This document shows, in pieces, positions 58,851 to 64,000 of a stretch of DNA of 64,000 nt. Made by a program: the position numbers and the translations under genes. The DNA is from Truepera sp. GTDB taxonomy: Bacteria > Deinococcota > Deinococci > Deinococcales > Trueperaceae. The stretch lies in the NCBI GenBank assembly GCA_965218435.1, contig CBDCKW010000009.1:2240001-2304000 (forward strand), written 5' to 3'. A model generated the notes under the pieces. The model did not search any database. It was given only the letters and a program-made list of their open reading frames with translations, and was not told the origin of the DNA. The first letter of the stretch is position 1. Every line of letters begins with the position of its first letter.

Positions 58851-58867
58851 ATCTCTTAAGTGCCAAG

Positions 58868-60870
58868 CTACCTTACCTGTAACTCAGGTGTGCATGCTAA
58901 AAACCTTTCGGCTTCATGCGCCGGGAGCGGTTTAGAGACGTAAAACCCCTGAAAGGACTCACACAACAGACCTTGTAAACACTCGAGCTGGGCCTCTGTT
59001 TCAACCCCTTCGGCCACGACCTGCAGCTCGAGCGCGTGCGCGACCGAGACGATCACCTGAACGAGCTTGACACTCGCTTCACCGTGGGTCAACTGCTTGA
59101 CAAAGCTGCGGTCAATTTCGAGCGTGTCTACCGGAAACTGCTGCAGATACGCCAGCGACGAATACCCCGTACCAAAGTCGTCCATGTGGAGCTTTAGGCC
59201 GAGAGCTTTAAGTTGTTCCAAGGTCTTTACGACCGCTGCGGAACTCGTCACGATCACCCCTTCGGTAATTTCTAAAGGCAACGCCGCCGCGTCTATGCCG
59301 GTCTTTGAGACGAGCGCAGTGACAAACGCTACCAGGTCGAGTTGAGCAAAACTCCGACTCGATAAGTTCAGGCTGAGCGTCGGGGCCGCCTCCGGGAAGG
59401 CCCGTTGCCAAAGGCTGAGCTGCGCTGCCCCTTCGCGCAGCACCCAGCGGTCAACCTCTAAGATCAGGCCGGTCTCTTCAGCCAGCGGGATAAACTCAGC
59501 CGGGGAAACGGTACCGTGTTTTGGGTGCCGCCACCGCACCAGCGCCTCAAACCCGGTTGTGTGACCGGTCGCCAGCGAGACGATGGGTTGATAGTAAAGC
59601 GTCAATTCGCCCCGTTCAGCCGCGCCCCGCAGGTCACCCTCCAAGGTCATCAAGCTAAGGGCACGTTCGCGCAGCTCGCCTGTGAAGACCTCAAACCCGG
59701 CTGTGCCCTTAGCCTTGGCCCGGTACATAGCGCGAGGTCGGCGTCGCGGAGGACGTCTTCAGGAAACCGGTGACTCACCTCAGAGAGCACGATCCCGGTA
59801 CTCGTCGAGACATGTAGGGTATATGGTCTGCAAGCTCAACAGGGCGCTCGAGCGCCCTGTTGATTCGCCCCGCGAGCGCCTCAGCCGTAGCCAGCGACGA
59901 GACCTCGAGCAAAATGGTAAACTCGTCGCCGAGCCGCGCGTCCGTATCGAGTTCACGGACGCAGCTTTTCAGCCTCTGGCTAAAGGTGACGAGCAGCGCG
60001 TCACCGACGTGATGACCGAGCGAATCGTTGATGACCTTAAAGCGGTTAAGGTCTAAAATAAAACGGCGAAACTCATTTCTGGCTGGCGTTCGCGCCTGAG
60101 CAGGGCCTGCTCGAGCCGGTCGGTTAAGAACGCCCGGTTAGGCAGTCCTGTCAGGCTGTCGTGGAGCGCGTTATAGACCAAGCTTTTACGGCCCCGCGCG
60201 AGGTCACGTTCCAGCGGATAAAAGATCAGCAGCCCCTCGAGCAAAAGCGTAAGCAGCGTCACCGCTAAGACGCCTGTTTCAAACTTAAGGTTGGCAATCT
60301 GCTGATTGGCCTCCCGCTCGTACTGAGCAGCGGCGGTACCGAGCGACGTCAGGAGCCGACCCGGAGCCGTTACCAAGATACGCTGCAGCTCGGGATTTTG
60401 AGGGGTCAGCGCCGCGTCGGGAGCGGCCAACAGACGCCGGACACAGGCGAGATAGTCGCGTACTTGGGTATCTAGCTCGAGCGGCGGGGAGAAGTAGAAA
60501 GCGGCAAGAGCCGGTGAGAGGTCGGCGGGGTCTGCCGCAGTTGCAGTCTGGTTGGTCAGCCCTAGATGCGCACGCTCCATCAGGTTGACCGCCGCTGCAG
60601 TTCGTCTCTCGCAGCTTTTCGCTGGGCACGGTTTTGGGCGAGAACGAGTTCTTGCGCAAAGAGTGCCGTGCGCTGTGAGAGCATCCGCTGACGACCACTC
60701 GTATTGATCACCGCCGCGTTGTTAGCCTGTACGCCTATCACGCAGCCTAAAAGATCGTAGGCGCTCGTGCTGAGAAACGCTACCAGGTAACGCGCCCTAC
60801 CGTGCCGAAGGCAGCCGACCACGCCCTCACGTTTTTCTCGACTTTTTCGCTGACCTGCTCGAGCCCATAC
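58868..60870 (-). pseudogene. Membrane sensor (NarX/PilJ-type) GGDEF-EAL gene, multiply frameshifted; 5' end approximate
   Basis: INTSGRQRMLSQR box; frameshifts near 60595, 60055 and 59730; HDSLTGLPNR; degenerate RLGDEF; EAL fragment 58868-59728 with GFEAL and DDFGTGYSSL. Confidence 0.9.
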
Positions 60871-60946
60871 GCCCAGCGTAAAGGTGCAAGTCTTACGAAA
60901 CATGCACACGCTCAGCCTTCGGACGTTCGAGCGCCCGGCACGCCGT

Positions 60947-61612
60947 CTAAGCGTGAGCCTCCAACCACGTGCGGATCAGCGGATAACTCCGGCTGGGAAC
61001 GCGGTGCCGTCCGGGAAGCTCGAGCCACGTCAGGTTAGGAGCGCAGAGCTCGAGCACCGCCCGAAACTCTTTTACTTTGTCGGACGGATACACTTTATCG
61101 TCTTGCGGTGCGATATGCAGCACCGGCGTCTCTAAACGCACACTACGGTCTAAACTGCTCCAATCCGAAGGAGCTGCGCCCGCTACGGCGATGAGGCCGA
61201 GAACATAGTCGGGGTAGGCGGCAGCAAAACGGTAGTTGAGGCTGATCGACTGCGAAAACCCGAACAAAAACGCGCCGCGCCGCCCCGTCAGCCCCAGCGA
61301 AAACGCCTCGTCAATCACGTGCCGGATAAACTCGTGATGGTTGGCGACGTCTTCAGCCGGTCGGTACGCGCTCACCCAACTAAAGCCCACGTCGGCCCCC
61401 GGTCGCGGTGATAAAAGCTGCGCGTGCGGGGCTTGTAGCGCAACTATCGGCCAGTCTTTACGGATAGATTTGCCAAAATGCAGCGCGGTCTCCTTACGCT
61501 GGCCGTAACCGTGAAGACACACCAAGAGGGGTGGAGCGGCGGCGGTGTCAGTAGGGATGTAGAAATCGTAGTAGTACGAGATGGGTTGCTGAAAACTTTT
61601 GGCGTGCAGCAC
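60947..61612 (-). CDS. Alpha/beta hydrolase (phospholipase/carboxylesterase-like)
   Basis: LVCLHGYG, FGFSQ, DDKVYP, GRHRV. Confidence 0.85.
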   Translation of the reverse strand: MLHAKSFQQPISYYYDFYIPTDTAAAPPLLVCLHGYGQRKETALHFGKSIRKDWPIVALQAPHAQLLSPRPGADVGFSWVSAYRPAEDVANHHEFIRHVIDEAFSLGLTGRRGAFLFGFSQSISLNYRFAAAYPDYVLGLIAVAGAAPSDWSSLDRSVRLETPVLHIAPQDDKVYPSDKVKEFRAVLELCAPNLTWLELPGRHRVPSRSYPLIRTWLEAHA

Positions 61613-61626
61613 GTTAGCGGGACCTA

Positions 61627-62199
61627 CTAGCGGTACACGCCGAGCAGATACGCGGTCACCCCGGCTGCTTCGCGCAGCAGGTACGGGAGGCGGGGGCCGT
61701 GCGTGGTGACCGGTGCGACCGCAGCCTCGAGGCCGAGATGTCGGGCCAAAAGGCTCGTACGGTACGCGTGCAGGTCGTCGGTAACGATAACGATGTGTTG
61801 GCCCCGGAGGAGCGGTTCACTGTTATGCAGGTTCTGGTAGCTCGAGCGGCTCCTGCGTTCACTTAGCAGCGCCGACTCGGGTACCCCATGCTCTGCGAGG
61901 TAACGCACCCCGGCTTCCCCTTCGGTAAATCTGTCACCCTCTCTTTTGCCCCCGGTGACCAAGATACGCGGCGCACACCCAGCCTGGTAAAGCTCAAGCG
62001 CCCGGTCAAGTCGCCGCGCGAAGACCGGCGACGGCACCCCGTCGTACTGCGCTGCGCCCATCACCACCAGCGTGTCGGCGGGGCAGTGGGAGCTGTAGGC
62101 GTGTGCGTCTTGCGCGTGTGACACCCGGCTCGAGCCCGAAAGGTAGACGAGCGCCAGCAAACCGATCCCGACAGCAGAGAGTCGCCGTAACGCCAGCAT
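61627..62199 (-). CDS. YdcF/DUF218 (ElyC/SanA-like) protein
   Basis: VVMGAAQY, RLDRA, VTGG, SRSSYQN, VTDDLHAYR. Confidence 0.9.
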   Translation of the reverse strand: MLALRRLSAVGIGLLALVYLSGSSRVSHAQDAHAYSSHCPADTLVVMGAAQYDGVPSPVFARRLDRALELYQAGCAPRILVTGGKREGDRFTEGEAGVRYLAEHGVPESALLSERRSRSSYQNLHNSEPLLRGQHIVIVTDDLHAYRTSLLARHLGLEAAVAPVTTHGPRLPYLLREAAGVTAYLLGVYR

Positions 62200-63479
62200 C
62201 AGTGGATCGGCTCAGGCTCGAGCCTTGACTCAATCGCGCGGGCGTGGGCCTCGAGCCCCTCCGCTCGCGCGAGCCGCGCCGCGCTCGGTCCAATCTCCCG
62301 GAGCGTCTGTGCGCCGATGTTCACAACCGGAATGACCTTTTGAAAGTCGCGCACGTTGAGCGCCGAGGCGTACCGCGCGGTGCCGCCCGTCGGCATCACG
62401 TGGCTCGGCCCTGCGGCGTAGTCGCCTAAGGCTTCCGTGCTGGGGGCTCCCAAAAAAATCCCGCCCGCGTTTTTGACCTCCGGCACCGCCGCCCACGGGT
62501 CTTGAACGAGTAAACAGAGGTGTTCGGGGGCGTAGAGATTCGCCACCCTCAACCCTTCAGCCAGCGAATTGACGACAACGGCGTAAGCGCGCGTCTCGAG
62601 CGACTCTTTCGCCGCATCTTTCGTAGGCAAATGGAGAAGTTGATGCTCCACTTCTCTCTCTACTTTGGCCAAAAGCGTTTCATCTGTCGTCACGAGCACC
62701 GGCTGCGCAAACGCGTGTTCAGCTTGCGCCAACAGGTCGGCGGCGACGTGTTCGGGGTCGGCGGTTTCGTCCGCTAACACGAGCGTTTCGGTCGGGCCGG
62801 GTAAGGCTTCAATGCCGACTGCGCCGAAAACGAGCTGTTTGGCGAGCACCACATACGCATTACCGGGGCCGACGATTTTGTCCACCCGGGGGATGCTCTC
62901 CGTGCCGTAAGCAAGAGCTGCCACAGCCTGCGCACCTCCAACTCGGTAGACCTCACAAATTCCCAAAAGCCGCGCGGCGACCAAAATTTCAGGTGCGATA
63001 CTGCCGTCTTCCCGAGGCGGCGTCGCCACGACGAGTTCCGGTACACCCGCGACCTGTGCGGGCACAGCGCACATCAAGAGGGTACTAAAGAGCGGCGCAC
63101 TGCCGCCGGGGACGTAGATACCGACGCGCCCCAGCGGACGCACCAACTGCCCGAGCAACCCGCCGTCCGTCTGCTGGAGAAAGCCCTCTTGCGGTTGATG
63201 GCTATAAAACGCCCGAATCCGCGTGGCAGAAAGGCGCATCGCGTCCCTCAGCTCTTTAGGTACTGCACGCTCAGCCGCGGCAAACTCGGCCTCAGGTATT
63301 TTTAAGGACTCGAGCCTCACCCTGTCAAACCGCTCGGTGTATTCCCGAACCGCCGCGTCCCCTCGACTTTTGACCTGCGCCAAGATATCCGCTACGGCGT
63401 CCCGTTGACCGGCGTCCGGCTCAGCGCCACGCCCGGAGAAGACCCGCTCGGCTTCCTTATAGCCACGTAAGACTTGCAT
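62199..63479 (-). CDS. hisD: Histidinol dehydrogenase
   Basis: GIYVPGG, GGAQAVAALAYGT, KIVGPGN, LAQAEH, APEHL, GDYAAGPSHVMPT; start MQV 7 nt after TATGAT. Confidence 0.98.
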   Translation of the reverse strand: MQVLRGYKEAERVFSGRGAEPDAGQRDAVADILAQVKSRGDAAVREYTERFDRVRLESLKIPEAEFAAAERAVPKELRDAMRLSATRIRAFYSHQPQEGFLQQTDGGLLGQLVRPLGRVGIYVPGGSAPLFSTLLMCAVPAQVAGVPELVVATPPREDGSIAPEILVAARLLGICEVYRVGGAQAVAALAYGTESIPRVDKIVGPGNAYVVLAKQLVFGAVGIEALPGPTETLVLADETADPEHVAADLLAQAEHAFAQPVLVTTDETLLAKVEREVEHQLLHLPTKDAAKESLETRAYAVVVNSLAEGLRVANLYAPEHLCLLVQDPWAAVPEVKNAGGIFLGAPSTEALGDYAAGPSHVMPTGGTARYASALNVRDFQKVIPVVNIGAQTLREIGPSAARLARAEGLEAHARAIESRLEPEPIH

Positions 63480-63751
63480 AGAGTGCATCATAACGTCATT
63501 CACCGGGCAAGTGAACTCGGCTATAAAGGGTGACGCAGTAGTTCAGATCATATTCAGTCTTTGAGTCAACCATTGACGCACCGATAAAACTGACCCGCAA
63601 CCAAAGTAGAAGTGTCATAGGTAGCAATATAGTAGGTAGGCTTGTTCTTAGTTCAGTACCGAGTGCTAAGGTAACTAGCTAGTAGGCGCTTGGCCGCAGC
63701 TCAGGCTACCTAAGCGGCGCACCGTAATTACGGCTGGAGGTTTTAAGCCCA

Positions 63752-64000
63752 GTGACTGATTCAACATCTTCTATGGCCAGTACCCTACACCTCGTTGATC
63801 CGGACGCTCGAGGTTTTGTGCAGGGTCCCTCTTTTGATCCTGACCAGCAGACAGTCGCAGAGTTTAGGGCTACTGTTCAGGCCCAGTATGCTCAGCTAGC
63901 ACCGCCTCTACCTTCGGCGCGGGAGGAACGAACCGTACCAGGTTCAGCCGGGGCTCCCGAGGTCCGTGTATTTATCTATCGCCCGGATATGACCAAGGCT
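63752..64000 (+). CDS. HSL-family alpha/beta hydrolase (esterase), 3'-truncated by the window edge
   Basis: Open frame ...STLHLVDPDAR...EERTVPGSAGAPEVRVFIYRP; GGAGG upstream; alternative ATG at 63773. Confidence 0.75.
   Translation, partial: MTDSTSSMASTLHLVDPDARGFVQGPSFDPDQQTVAEFRATVQAQYAQLAPPLPSAREERTVPGSAGAPEVRVFIYRPDMTKA

Noticed and set aside
58724..60900. tRNA-anchored genomic island or prophage
   Set aside because: No integrase, no phage genes and no duplicated tRNA 3' end seen in the window

Overview
GC-rich bacterial chromosomal window, most likely from Deinococcota (Trueperaceae-like). This is inferred from a DdrI-like Crp regulator, widespread leaderless TAnnnT-N5-7-start architecture and overall gene content. 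The backbone is housekeeping (serS, aroH, thrC, hom, ychF, bioY, tkt, coaE, a tRNA nucleotidyltransferase, hisD, tRNA-Arg(CCT)) interspersed with oxidoreductases and hydrolases. Other content: a TPP-riboswitch-controlled thiamine-salvage operon, a trans-3-hydroxyproline dehydratase/pyrroline-2-carboxylate reductase pair, one intact IS5-like element inserted in a TetR/aldo-keto reductase divergent promoter, and three pseudogenes (two are c-di-GMP enzymes). The most striking structure is a ~9.5 kb cell-envelope module (45.3-54.8 kb: DUF347-like membrane protein, PepSY-like protein, PsbP-like exported protein, two ABC ATPases, FtsX-type permease, PAP2 phosphatase, OmpR-family response regulator and histidine kinase). 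Its four transcription units share one promoter signature, YTCAACC-N4-TYYAACW-N9-TAnnnT, so an apparent autoregulated regulon can be read directly from the DNA. The palindrome CTCGAG is strongly over-represented. All calls come from reading the sequence by eye; no database searches were run.
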